From Camelus ferus (lineage: Eukaryota), in the NCBI RefSeq assembly GCF_009834535.1, contig NC_045696.1, positions 70,682,001-70,746,000 of the forward strand: 64,000 bases of DNA, written 5' to 3'. The notes beneath the pieces were generated by a model, which was not told the DNA's origin, searched no databases, and saw nothing but the letters and a program-made list of their open reading frames with translations. This document shows, in pieces, positions 50,975-64,000 of the stretch. Every line of letters begins with the position of its first letter. Position 1 is the first letter of the stretch. Made by a program: the position numbers and the translations under genes.

Positions 50975-51122
50975 GCTAGGCATTAGAGTCACTTGGGAGC
51001 TTTGAAATTATGCTAATACTCAAGCCCCACAGACTAGTTAAACCAGAATGGGACATAGGCCTGGACATATTTTTAAAAGCTGCCCAGGTGAACCTGGGTG
51101 CATCCCAAATTGAGACCCACTG
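50975..51122. mobile_element. MER5-family hAT MITE fragment
   Basis: CATTAGAGTCACTTGGGAGCTTTGAAA...TTTTTAAAAGCTGCCCAGGTGA...TTGAGACCCACTG. Confidence 0.75.
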
Positions 51123-51338
51123 CTCTAGGAGGTGTTTTGAAATGTGATTTGAAAAGGAAACCAACATGAACTGTGTTAACTTGTACATGCTAGTTGCTCT
51201 CACAACTGTTAGCTCATCTAAGTTCTTGCAACAATCATCTGAAGCAGGTACTTTTAATCCTATTGGAAACAAAAGGAAGGTCACTGACATCTGCCCACCC
51301 CCCAGCCCAAGCACTTTTGTGCTGCTTGATGCTCTAGC

Positions 51339-51665
51339 CAGCTCCATCCAATAGAAATGTGATGTTAGCCACCAACGGGAGCCACAGGTGCAATTTCAGA
51401 TTTTCTAGTAGCCACATTAAAAAGTTAAAAAGAAACAGGTGAAATTAATTTTAAAACTAGACTTAGCTTAACCCCATGTATTCATAATATTATTTCAATG
51501 TGAAATCAATGTAAAAATTATTAATGAGATTTACATTACTTTTTTCATACTGAGTCTTCAAAATCTGATGTATATTTTACACACAGAGCACATCTAAACT
51601 TGGAGTTGCCACAAGTGCTCAATTCAGACTAGTCACATGTGGCTGGTGGTTATGAGATTGGACTG
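51339..51665. mobile_element. MER33 hAT-Charlie MITE
   Basis: TCCAATAGAAATGTGATG...TTTTCTAGTAGCCACATTAAAAAGTTAAAAAGAAACAGGTGAAATTAATTTTA...CACATGTGGCTGGTGG...ATTGGAC. Confidence 0.85.
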
Positions 51666-51849
51666 GCTAAAAGGATAGCTGACCTGGAATCACACTGGGC
51701 AGGTAATAAGAGCAGGTGGGAAAGATCCATGGATGAGAGCTGAGGAATTTCAGAATTAGCCAAGAAGCTCTTAAGTGAGAGATTGCCCTGGTGCCCAGAC
51801 AGCACTCCGTTGGTTAGGAAGTCTGGGGGCCACCCACAAGCCAGAACAA

Positions 51850-53300
51850 GAAGTCCAAATGGATAGCCATATGCAAAAGAAGGAAATTGGACCCTTAACC
51901 TGTACCCTAAAATCAACTCAAAATGGATTAAAGACTTGAGCCCTTACAAACTTCTAGAAGAAAATGTAGAGGAAGAGTTCCTTGACATTAGTTCTCAGCA
52001 ATTATTTTTTTGGATTTGACACCAAAAGCACAGGCAGCAAAAGAGAAAATAAACAAGTGGGACTACATCAAACTAAAAAGTTTCTGCACAGCAAAAGAAA
52101 AAATGAACAAAATGAAAAGGCAACACATGGAATAGGAGAGAATATTTCCAAACCATATATCCAAAAATGAGCGAATACCCAAAATACATAGGAATTCTTC
52201 CAACTCAATAGCTAAATAAATAGATAGATAAATAAAATAACTCTATAAAAAAACTGGGCTAAGTGGGGAAGGTTCAGCTCAGTGGTGGAGGGCATGCTTA
52301 GTATGCAGAAGGTCCTGGGTTCAATCCCCAGTGCCTCCACTTAAATAAACAAGCAAATAAACATACAAACCTAATTACCTCCCCCCACCAAAACAAACAA
52401 ACAAACAACAAAAAGGGCTAAGGAACCTGAATAGACATTTTCCCAAAGACGTACAAATGGCCAACAAGTATATGTAATGGTACTCAACATCACTAATCAT
52501 CAGGGAAATGCAAATCAAAACCACAGTGAGCTATCATTCCACACCTGTTAGGACAGACATTATTAAAAATACAAGAGATAACAGGTCTTGGCGAGGATGT
52601 GGCAAAAAGGGAGCCCTTGTACACTGTTAGTGAGAATGTAAATTGGAAACAGTATGGATGCTCCTCAAAAAATTAAAAATAGAACATTTGATCCAGCAAG
52701 CCCACTTCTGAGTACATATTCAAAGGAAATGAAATCATTATGTCGAAGAGACATTTGCACTCCCATTATTTACAAAGCCAAGATATGGAAACAACCTGTA
52801 TCTGTCAAAGAATGAATGGATAAAGATGCGATATATTTATACACTGGCCATAAAAAAGAAGGAAATCCTACCATTTGCAACAACATGAATGAAATTGGAG
52901 GACATTATACTAAGAGAAATAGGCAGAGAAAGACAGATATTTTCTGGTAAAACTTACAGGCAGACTCTTTAAAAAAAAAAAGTTGAACTCATAAAAACAG
53001 TAGAATGGTAGTTGCCAAAGGTTGGGAGATGTGGGGAATGGGGAAATGTTGGTCAAAGTGTAGAAACTTTCAGTCATAAGATGACTATGTTCTGAGGACC
53101 TACTGTATGGCATGGTGAGTATAGTAAATAATACTGTATCGTATGTATATATACTTGAAATCTGCTAAGAGACCGTAAGTATTCTATGTGAGGTGATGGA
53201 TGTATTAATTAGCTTGTGGTAATCATTTCACAATGTATATGTATATCAAATCATCACATTGTACACTTTAAGAATATATAATGTTGTCAATTATACCTGA
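51850..53300 (+). mobile_element. 5'-truncated L1 (ORF2 3' part and 3' UTR), degraded
   Basis: AAAATCAACTCAAAATGGATTAAAGAC, AAACAAGTGGGACTACATCAAACTAAAAAG, GGAAATGCAAATCAAAACCACA; terminus TGTCAATTATACCT. Confidence 0.92.
52264..52414 (+). mobile_element. Camelid tRNA-derived SINE inserted in L1
   Basis: CAGCTCAGTGG...GGTCCTGGGTTCAATCCCCAG...AAACCTAATTACCTCCCCC; TSD core GGGCTAAG at 52256-52263 and 52415-52422. Confidence 0.9.
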
Positions 53301-56300
53301 AGAATGCTGTGGAGGGAAAAGTCCAAAGACAATGAGGGGTGAATGAAAGGTTGAAGAATGAAACCCCAGCAGGCAACCAGCCCCACAAGTAGGTCCGGGA
53401 GACTTGGCACCTGCCCTCATCCCGGCTGGAAGAGACCCCAGCCCAGGGGCTGAAAGTGTGAAATTGCCCGGTTGAGAGAAGGCTGTTTTACGGTTCCTTT
53501 GGCTCCCCACTCACGGAAGCAGGCCTGCACCAGGTCCCTCCCCTCCCATCACCCCCACCACCCCTGTAGCCCATAAAGGGTAATGGAGCTGAAGTTAAAA
53601 TAGTCACATGAAACCCACCTCATTTGAAAGGGCACCTGCTTTAAAGGCCAAATTTCCTGAGCCCAGGTTTATGCATTAAGCTACAGAAAGACCTAATTAA
53701 TTCAGACCAACTCTACTAACTCTGAATTTGGGATACATTCTGCCTCGGGCAGGTCTGAAGTCTTTCCTTTTGCACTATCTATGAAGAAACGGTTTGCTAA
53801 GCAAATAAATAGTGCAGGCCAAATTACAGAGACAGGTCTGGCTTACTTAAAACTGTTTTTAAGAACTTTAAAAATCACTTTAACAGCTCCATTTGCAGGA
53901 AGTTAATGAGATCATTACAGCTGGTCCTTATCTATTTATTTCAGCATTTCAGCTTTCCAAGCTCCTTCATACACACTGTTGGATGTGACACTTCCGGTGG
54001 AGATGCTGTTATTTTTTAGTCTCCAGCAACTAACTTAATGCCAACACATAGTAGGTGCTTAATGGTTGCTAAATGAATGGAGGTGGGCATGGCAAATAAT
54101 AGTCCCATATTACAGGTGAGAAAAATAAGGCTGGGAGCTGTTTATAACTTATCTCAGGATCCCTCCAGCTGGACAGCCAGTAAGTGGAGAAACTGAATGG
54201 CTAGTAAGTGGAGAAATTGAGGTTTGAACCATTCCTGGATCTTTCCATCCTATTATGCTGTTATTAGGACTTCTGCTTGACAACAGTTTATTAGCTGAAT
54301 TTGAGGAACAGTCTGTTCTTAGGAACAAAGGACCTTTTTTTTTTCTTTTTTTGTAAATAGACTTTTTCCCCAGGTAAAGGAGTTAGTTCTGGAACCTGAG
54401 CCTCCCCACTACCCAGCCGCAGTCCCCACCTCTGCCGGGCATGGGAGGCCCTTCTGAGCAGGCCTGACTCTGTCACAAGTCACTTACCACGCATGGCCTG
54501 GGATGTCAGGGCCAGCACAGGTGAGCTTCCTCCCTGGGGGAGAAAGCTGGAAGAAATGGGACTGACTGCTCCAAACTGATCTGGACCTGGGTCCTCCAGG
54601 GATTGCTTCCCAAGGCATGGGCCTCCCCAGGACGGATGGTCTCTGTCCTCTGGGTCTCCCCTCCCCCGGGTTGGTGAGAGTTCAGTGCAGAGGGGTAGAT
54701 GGTCGCTGTCTCTCCCCATCCTTTGTTCTGAAGGCTCTGCCGACTTGGAACACTGCGCAGGGAAAATTCCCTGACCGTGAGATCTGCAGGCTGCAGGGTC
54801 CCCGGGGAAGGCCGGGCCTGGGGCTCTTTCATGTTACAGCTGGAAAGAGGGGTTGGGTTTCAGCGAGCTGGGCTGGGGGAAGGCAGCCTGCCTTCCCGGT
54901 GGTGAGGGAGCTGGCCCTGCAAGCCAGCGGTGCCGACAGCTTCCTGTCGAGAGCTGGGGGCCCACGTGACCGCTCCCCACGTGGTGGATTAGTGGGTGAA
55001 AAGCCCAAGGGGGAAGGAGAGCAGGAGGGGCACCCAGGCACTATCTGACCTGGCTGGGGGAGTGGGAGGCAGAGCATGCAATCCTTTTTTGCTAAATGAA
55101 TTCTGCTGGCTCCTTGTCACACGGTCCAGCGAGCCACCTCTGTCTGGGGGTGGGGGGCGGTTGAGGGGTGCAGTGAGCCTTGGCACTGACTAGGGCCAGG
55201 GCTGTTTGTTTAAAGTCCCCTCCCCCCAACCTGGCCACACACACATCCCCACAGTGCTTGACAGGGAGGGAAAGCAGTAGCCACAGACCTGCCTGGTGCA
55301 GAGGAGACAGACTCCGGCTGTGACAGGGAACAGACTGGTGGCTGGACTGAGGGCAGTGCATATGGCTCTGACTCCCAGGCCTCTCCCTCAACTGGTCCCT
55401 CCAGGCCAAGTGCAGTTGCGGCCAGGGGACCTGACCTCACACTAAAGCTGTCAGCCTTGAAAAGGCCCAAAATATCAGGCCTTGTCTAGAGATGGCCTGT
55501 TCTGTTCAACAAGCATGTATTGAGCACCTACTGTATATGGAAGCGGGCACAGAGGCAGGTAGGAGGTAGACTTCACATGATAAGGTTTGAGAGTGACAGG
55601 GCACAGATACCACAGGGGAGGTTACCCAGGTCAGCCTTGGGGCTAAGAGAGAGCTTCCTGGAGTAGATGGTACCTCAGAGGTGGGAGAGGCCAGCAAGGA
55701 GGGTGGGTCAGCTCAGAGGAGCTCCCTGAGCATGCAGTTTAGGGATGGATCTCTGGGAGCAGTTTCAGATCCCTCATGGTGTGTGGGTCCCCTCTTCCTC
55801 TCACCTCTGCCCTCCCACTACTACCCAAGGGGTGGCCTTGCACCCATAGGTCTTTGGGAGGTGGAGAGGACTAGTGAGCTGGCTTCTCTGTTGGCACAGG
55901 CCTCCTTGGATGGGTTTTCCGGGTCAGCTGGGCTCACCCACTACCCCCTGTGCACACTGCCTGTGTAGGATGCACTGGATGACAGAGAGAGATAAGGGGC
56001 CATCACCCCTCCACCACCCTCCGGTGGAAGACCAATAGCCCCAGGCCAAAAACCCATGCCACCTGACGCCTCCCCAGCACCTGAATGTGCAGACTAATAA
56101 ATACTTGTTACATTAGAGTCTCTGCCGCCGCCTCTTTGGAAGTTTTGGTGCAGCTCTGTCTGCCCTGTAGGTGATTTTTGTTCCAAGCTCCATGTGTATT
56201 GTTTACATAGCTCAGAGTTCCTTGGAGTTAGAACAACAAGCTTTCCTTTCCACTGAAAGTGATATGAAAAACACCCAGTCCGTGGGGGCGGGCAGAGAGG

Positions 56301-59050
56301 CCATGTGTACTGCCAGGCTCCTCAGTCCGATGGGCTCCTTCACCCAGTATGCTTTCCCCAGAGCTGGCTCAACCTGGAGGCTCTGGGAGTTCCTGGAAGT
56401 AGCCTGAGACTCTGAGGGAGCCCAGATTCTGGAATTCTTGCTGGGAATTTCAGCTCTAAGAATGGATCTGTCCCTGCATGGAGTCCCACAGACCTGGAAT
56501 CCCTCCCAAAGAGGGGATAATGGGAACGCACCCCTCTCCAACCCAGTTACCAGCTGCCACCTTAGCTGAAGGCTCCAAGAGGATGAGGGAAGCTGATGCT
56601 TGGATGTCCAGTGGGCAGCATGATGGGAAAGGATGGATGGGGGGTGGAATGGACGGGAGAGTTGGGACTCTCACCTTGAGTTGGGACTGACTTCTCCTCC
56701 CTGCTTTTAACCAGCACGTTCTGCCTCTGGGGATTCTCTTCAGCCCCCTTTCCCCCCATCTCCACTGGAAAGATCTCCCTTCTTCTCTCTTGCTTATTTT
56801 AAGAACTGTCTAGATGCAGCGGGCAGTGGTCTGGACGCTTGAGGACTCTGATGATTATTCCTCAGGGCCTCCTCCTGGATGTCCCCTGAGAGCCTGCTTC
56901 AAAACTCCCCACCCTCCAGCAAATCTCACTCCTGCCCCTTTGCCTGTTTCCCCTTCCCTCTGTCCTCCCCACTACTCCTTTCCCTGTCCTGCAGCCCTGT
57001 CCCTGTAGTACATCCTGCTGGTGAGTCTCTGCATCTTCTCCACTCACACTCCGCCTATTTCTTGTCCCTGTCCATCAGCCAACAAGCACCAGGGCAAGGA
57101 ACCTCACTTCCCTGAGCCTTGGTTTCCATGTCTGAAAAATGATGGGAGCAGCGAGTAGGCATGGAGTGCTGGGTGGTCTTGAGAGTCCCTGCAAGCTCCA
57201 CTATTCTAAGATCCAAAGCACTTAGCTTGTGCCTGGGCAGGTGTTATGGAAAAAAAAAAAGACTGTGCAGTATGTGCACTGGGCCCCAGACTCCTTCACC
57301 CCAACCCGGCCCGGGGCTGGGGAGCAATCCCTTTACAGATTCAAGAGACCACACGTCAGATGACAGGACAAGACACAGCCGAACGGGGACACACCAATGG
57401 GAAGCAGACAGCAGGAGAACGAGATGAGCCTTCCTCTCTACCCTCTCCCTTGACTAGTTCAAATACTCTTGAACTCTGAAAAATTCCCAAATAGTTCTGA
57501 GCCAAGAATCCCCCAAAGGAATGGCTTAGTGTCTGGGGTTACAGAGACTTTGTTACTGCAGCAAAGCATACTACAAGCTATTTGCCGGTTTAATTTAATT
57601 ATTTATGATAACACTTCAGAGTAAAAACTACACTTGTCAAAATAAAGGGGACTTTGCACTGCAATGACCCAAATTTTATTGTTGCATTACTTAATGCACC
57701 GAAACCTGGTAATCGGCACCAGATCTCCCCACAACTCAGGCAAATCAGTACCGCGTGCAGAGGACTGAAATGGATTATTGCTTCCTGGGGGAATTATTTT
57801 AAATGATCCTAACAAAAAGCCATTTCGAGTCCATCCTCCCACCCTAGTCATATCTCCTTCTTTTCCCCCAAAGAAGCATTTCCAGACACATTTGACTGTT
57901 GGCCATATCCTGTGTGCCCTCCGCCCACCTGCCTCCCTTCCTCTGCCTGTGGCTGGCTTCTCCACTGTCACGGGCGAGAAGCCCAAGCTCCCCAGCTCCT
58001 CTGCCCAAGGTGCCTTCCTCCTCAACTGTAGGTTTCTAGAGAGCAGGGTCTTTACCTCTATACTTTCAGCCAAGCAGAGTGTCTACCCCAGGGGGAGATC
58101 AGGAAACAGTGGCTGGTTGAGTGCTGGGCAGTACTTTGAGGAACTGAGCTGGTGAGAGTCACACAGACCCAGTCCAGGGCACTAGCTCCCACCCTCGCCC
58201 AGCGTGGGGCCCCTCTCCTTCCTGCCCTCCCCCATGCCTGCAGGCCCACATCCACCTTTTGGCAAAAATGGCCTTTTGAGGACAGGACCTTCGAGGACAT
58301 AAACTTCCTGGTTCCACTGTGTGACAGACTTTGGGAGATGTGAGTCCTCAGCAGAGGACTCTGGCCTTGCCTGCCATTCACAGCAAATCTATTAAGACCA
58401 GCTTTGGGCACTTACTCCTATTAATGGCCCTCCCTCTAGTCCCAAGGCTACCAGTTTCTCTCAGTGCCTCCCTTAGCCTCTTCCCCTCCATTATTCACAG
58501 CAGTGACAATGGTAATGGCAACCCAGGTGACCTGCAGCCAAATCCAGAGATAGGTGCCCATCCATTCATCCCATTCATCCACCCACACAGTCATTTATTG
58601 CTAAGTCTGGAAAAGGATAAAAAAAAATGGAGACCTGGTCCTTGCTCTTAAGGAGCTTACAATCTAGTTGGGAAGACAAAGAGTAGTTATAATCCAGGGC
58701 TCCAAGCTCCAGTCCTGCTCCCCATCCTCAGTTATTCCACCTGTAATAGCAGTAGCTTCCCACATTGTTGATGCTTACATCATCACAGCTCTTTCCACGT
58801 GCGCTGGGGTTCCTGTGTGGAGAAGATTCCTCAGCTTACCATCCCTAAAACTGATTTGGACCAGATGAGTTCTGAGGTCCCTTCCTGCTCCAGGCCAGGT
58901 GGGTTTTGTTTAGGAGGAACTCCTAGTAGAGGAACTTCTGGGCCCACATTCTGCAAATTAATGGCTCCCTGGGGGTGTTGGCTAAGGAACCAGGAATTGT
59001 CAAGGAAGACTTAATAAGCCATAGAGTCCGACCTTGGAAACCACCCAAAT

Positions 59051-59222
59051 CAATGGTTCTCAACCTTGGCTGCACATTAGAACCACTTGAGGGCTTTAGG
59101 GGGGAAAATGGCAGTTTCTGAAATCCAACTGAATCCGATCTCTGGGAATGAGGTCTGGGCTTTAGGATTTCTTAAGAGCTCCTCAGGTGACCCCAGAGTA
59201 CAGCCAGGATTGAGAACCATTG
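59051..59222. mobile_element. MER5B-like hAT MITE with intact TIRs
   Basis: Perfect 13-bp inverted termini CAATGGTTCTCAA / TTGAGAACCATTG; degenerate 8-bp TSD ACCCAAAT / ACCTAAAA. Confidence 0.9.
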
Positions 59223-61071
59223 ACCTAAAAAACTGGTCTAGACTATGCTGAGGGACCTGAGGCCAAGAGACACAGGAAGGGAGGGCAGAGAACAGGTGCT
59301 GGGCCTCCGAAGACCCTGCTTCCCCACAATGCCCCTGCTTCCCCACTTCCCTGCGGAGGCTTAGTCTCTCTCAAGTCACCCCCAAAGACATCCAGGCCCT
59401 GCTGTCCTTGGGGAGCCCACTCTGCCCGCACTCTGAGGACAGTGCCCAAGGCTGCCCGGCCCCCAGATGTGTCTTTTCCCAATGCCCACAGGCAGAGGGG
59501 CAGGCGGTGGCAGGTGAGGCAGGGGCCTTCTTCAAGGGGCTTTCACCAGAGTAATTGGGAGGGTTTGTCTTAAACAAACAGGGCTTGTTCCAGGAAGGCG
59601 TTGTCTGCATGGGGCAGCAGCGCCATTCATCATGGTGGCTCCGGCGCTGGGGGTAAGAAGTCAGCCATCCAGGGCCCCGGCCCACAGGGAGGGGCTTGGG
59701 GGCCGCTCCCCCAGGACCAGCCCGGAGAAGATGTCAGGAAAGCTAATGAGCGACCAGACAGCTGCAGCTTGTTAAAGAGCGCCTGGGGCCTGTTGTAACT
59801 GAGACCTTTAAATATACAGCACAGTCAAATAAACAGCATCCTCCCGCCCCACAGCCAGTCCCTCCAGTGCCAGGCCAGTCCAGTCCACCCCACCCAGTTC
59901 CTCCCTCTCCATGCTTCCCTCCTTCCTTGACTGGAAATGAGTAGATTATGACTGGGAGAACTGGTGGGCCAGGTGCTCTGCCCACCCCCTCCCACCTCCC
60001 TCTACATAGAAACATCTATAGCCCCATCAAAGATCCTATCACCCTGTTGAGGTCCCTGTGGGTTTTAGACAATCAGGATGGAACTGTAGATCCCTGGAGA
60101 ACCTCTACAGAACACATCTTCCTCCAGTCAGAACTTTCTGGAGCCTCTGGTCCCTGGATCTCCACTCCTATTCCTCCTTCAAAACCCACCTCAGAGGTCA
60201 CCACCTATGGGAAACCTTACCAGACTTACTTAGGTAGAGCTAGTTGCATGCTTTCTGGTCTGAATGAGTGTGTGGTTCATGCCTTGGGCATGGTCTAAGC
60301 CCAGGAGAATCTAGGGGTCTATGTCCTCAGCCACTCTGCGTTCCTTGAGAGCAGGGACCAGTTTTCATTCAGGTCTGAATCTCCAGAGACTAGCACAGAG
60401 CATGATACCTGGAAGACTTTAGTAAGTATGTGCAGAATTGACTCCAGTGCACCACATCCATCCATTGGGTCATGTTAGGTACCCAGAGCGATACGTGGTA
60501 AGTGGTCTCTGCATGAAGTAACTATTGCCCTGCAGTGAGGGGCGCTGGCAGGAAGGAGGCCAGATAGGAGGTCACTGGGCTGCTCTAGGATGGTGCCGTG
60601 GGAGAGGGGCATGTTTAGGTCCATTAGGGAAGGGACCTTGTCCAGGAAAAGTCTAACTTAAGAGTGAAGTGGGAAGGCAAGAAAGGGCTATGAAGTGGAG
60701 GATAACGCTGTTCCTTACCAGTGCGTCTCCCCTCATCACGGTGGGCCTCAGTCTACCCGTCTGCTCCCCCTTATCACAGGGTACCACGCAGCATACTACA
60801 TCATACTTCTCCACAAATATCATAGAGATGCAGTGTCTGGCACTGAAGCTCTATAAGGCCCTGCCATGGTCAGCAGAGGCCACCCTCTCTCTAATCCACT
60901 AGATGTGAGGGAGGAGCCTGCGGGAAGAAGAGAGACCTGGGACAAAGCAAACAGAATGGGTCTCTGTACATCCACAGGTAGAAGCTTGAACTTGCCCAAC
61001 CTCCTTGCACCAACCTCATTGACATGGGCCAGGTGGCAAACCTTACTGATGAAGACATTCTAAACAAGTAG

Positions 61072-61073
<2 letters not shown>

Positions 61074-61110
<37 letters not shown>
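61074..61110. repeat. (TG)n microsatellite
   Basis: Directly visible pure TG run. Confidence 0.95.
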
Positions 61111-61111
<1 letters not shown>

Positions 61112-62437
61112 AGTGACATCTACTGAAAATCCATTGATTTTTACAGACATTGCACTAGGTGCTTTATACATATTAGCACACTCAATCTTAATAAACTCCT
61201 GGTGGGGGGTAATGGTGTAATTGGATTTATTTTATAGACAAAGAAACTTGAGATTTATCCAGGGTCACATAGCTTATACATCATAGAGTTAAGGATTTGA
61301 ACTCTGGTCTCCCCAATGCCAAAACGTTACCTTAAGTCACATGTAGGCCAAAGATAATGATCTTGTGCTGACAGTGGAGAAGGCAGCACATACCAGATGC
61401 AGTGGGCAGGTCAGATAACCTCTAGATAAAATTAGTTGTAGGCATCCTGCCCTAGGGATAATCAAGAAGTAGTCAATGCTGACCATAGAGCTCTGTATAC
61501 CGGGGTTAGTGCAGAGAGGCATCACTGCCTAACGGTACCCGGTATTACCAGCCAATTCCTCCAGGCAGTAAGCTGACTAGCACCTTATGCATATTTGCTT
61601 TCCTCAGGCTCCTTCTTCCGCAGGCAAGCCAGGCTCCCTCTCCAGCCTGGACCCTAGACCAGCCACTTCAGTATGGTCCTCCCTGTGCCCCTGACCCCTT
61701 GACCTGCTTATGTCTGCAATGCCAGTGCCCACACAATCACTCCCACCATCTTTTCATCCCTGCTTCCTGGCTCAGGGGCCCTGTAGAAGCAAAGTGCACA
61801 GGGTTCAGTCTCATGCTGTCCAACCGATTGCCTCTTCTCTCTTCCCTCTGCTCCCTCAATCCTGGCAACATTGGGTACTTTGGGTCTTCTACAGCTCAGG
61901 AAATGCTACAGGGTCTAGCACAGAACCTGGTACAAAGAACCAATGGGCACATTTGGGTATGTTGTTTACAACACAGAGGCACTCAATCCAGTGGCTGGGT
62001 GGGGAGGAAATCTCCACTCCCACAGAGGTCCTGTCCATGTACTCAGCCTGCACCCTCAAGGTTGGGAAGAGGGGGAGAGGCTTTTTCTCTGCTTCACATG
62101 AGGTGCTGTGTATATGCTGATGGTCCTGCTGGTGCTGAAGTCCTATCTCGTGGAACAAATGAATGAATGAATAATTCCAACCTGCTCTCTAAATCTTAGC
62201 CATAGCAGATGGGGGCAAACTCTCCTTCTGGGTGCCTGATCTGACCCCACCCGCTGCTCCATCATACTTCTGTCTCTCTGTCTATCCATCCAATCACTCT
62301 GTACTCTGAGTAGGAAGTGTTCTTTCCATTTTTCCAAAACCATCCCCATTGGGACACCCAGGCCTTCGCAGTTCTGCCTCCCAGGAATCCTTGCTCTCCC
62401 ACTTCTCCCCGACTCCCTCTTCCTTCCTTTCCTGATG

Positions 62438-62950
62438 TCTTTTATTTATTTATTTCTAATTTTAAAAAATTGTGGTAAAATATACACAATATTTACCATT
62501 TTAATGTGTCCAGTTCAGTAGCATGAAGTACATTCGCATCGTTTGGCAACCATCACCACCATCCATCTCCAGAACTTCTTTCATCTTCCCAAAGTGAGAC
62601 TCTAACTCTATAGCCATTAAACAATAATACCTCCTCCCTCCCTCCCCTCAGCCCCTGGCAACCATCACCCTCCTTCCTGTCTCTATGGGTTTGTCTACTC
62701 CAGGTGCCTCATATAAGTGGAATCATACAGGATGAGCTCTTTTGTGACTGGCTTCGTTCACTCAGCATGATGTCTTCAAGGTTCATCCATGTTGTAACAT
62801 GTATCAGAATTTCCTTCCTTTTTAAGGCTGAATAATATTCCATTGTGTGTATATACAACATTTGGTTTGTCCATTCATCTCTCAATGGACCCTTGGGTGG
62901 CTTCTAGCTTTTGTCTATTGTGAATGATGCTGCTGTGAACATGGGTGTTC
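62438..62950 (-). mobile_element. L1 (L1MB-like) 3' UTR, antisense
   Basis: TTGTGGTAAAATATACA...CAACCATCACCACCATCCATCTCCAGAAC...CATATAAGTGGAATCATACAG...TTTTAAGGCTGAATAATATTCCATTGT. Confidence 0.9.
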
Positions 62951-64000
62951 CCTACTTCTCAGCATCCTCTTTATATTCCCCTTTATTTGTTCATCCTCTC
63001 TGATTGGCAGCCCACACAGTATTCCACAGCCATAAAGCCTGGATTTTCCAGGACAGTCCCAGTTTTGTATCATTTTTTTTGACTTGTCCCCCAGAGCCAC
63101 AGAAAAGTCCCCAAAATTCCAATAAATTTCCTCCTTCTGTGTCTTACAACCCAGAAGAGACACAAAAGTCCTTCTAAGATCTTGATTTTTTTAATTCAGG
63201 AAATTTCATCACTTTTAAAAGTCCCTCCCCCCTTCAATAAAACACAAACATCCTTGCTTGGCCTTGCTGCCTCCAGGTATCATCTCTGTCCTTCCATTTA
63301 CTGCCAAACCTCTCCGAGTGTTGCACACACACTTCCGCCTCCTCACCCCCTGCCACGTTCTTAATGCCCTGCAATCTGGCTTGGCCGAACAACTCTACCG
63401 GAGCCGTTCTTGCCAAGGTCACCAGTGACTTCTTTTCTAAACAAGTTCCAATTGTTCTGCTTCTTGATTATCAAATAAATGCTTCATTGTAGAAACACTG
63501 GCAAGTACAGAGTAATGCGTGGGAGCAGATGAAAGAATTAGCCGTACGTAATCACACTGCCGTGAGGCGAGCACAGTGAGCATTTGGGCATACTTCCTTC
63601 CAGTCTTTTTTCCTAATTCCAATCATTTTCTTCCTTTTCACCATTCTCATCTCTCCTGATCCCTGTAGCACTTAATGCTATTGGATATTTATTTACCTCT
63701 CAAATCTCCCTCCTCTGGCTGGTTTCTGCTCCAATCCTTCCACCCATTTCCTCGGCGAGCCACTCTTTCAGAGTCTTGCCAGGATGTAAATGGTGGCTGA
63801 GTTGAGGTTTCACTAGGGTTGCCAGGACTCTCTCTGAAAGCCAAGACATATCATTATCAGAAGTCAGGAACAGGGGTCAGGTAAACACCAAGGTGGGGTG
63901 CCCCACCCACTTCTCTGCCTGACAAACTCCCATTATCCTTCAAATCCTTATTCAGATGTCACCTCTTCTGTGAGGACCCCTAATTCCCCCTGACAGGGTG

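Noticed and set aside
1..64000. CRISPR arrays, operons or other prokaryote-type or novel multi-gene systems
   Set aside because: The sequence is mammalian and repeat-rich; no regularly spaced repeat-spacer array or gene cluster was seen.

Overview
Mammalian intergenic DNA, very probably camelid (alpaca/llama/camel). The organism call is inferred from five copies of a tRNA-Ala-derived SINE resembling the camelid Vic-1 family. No intact protein-coding gene is supported. The centre holds a single-exon, disabled MAGEF1 (32839-33761, +) with two nonsense codons and five frameshifting indels. It still sits in a CpG island with YY1/ETS/NRF1-type motifs and keeps its 3' UTR and AATAAA, with no poly(A) tail. 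This fits a unitary pseudogene at the native locus, which in human lies between EPHB3 and VPS8. The rest is transposon-derived (MIR, L2, L3/CR1, old and young L1, MLT1A/LTR33, hAT MITEs) plus several repeat-free, motif-dense blocks that look like enhancers. Smaller points of interest are an apparent L1 3' transduction, a SINE-L1-tail chimera inside one TSD, and a local duplication whose second copy preserves the empty site of an L1 insertion. I found no convincing novel multi-gene system. Repeat subfamily names and protein comparisons are from recalled consensus sequences, not database searches.
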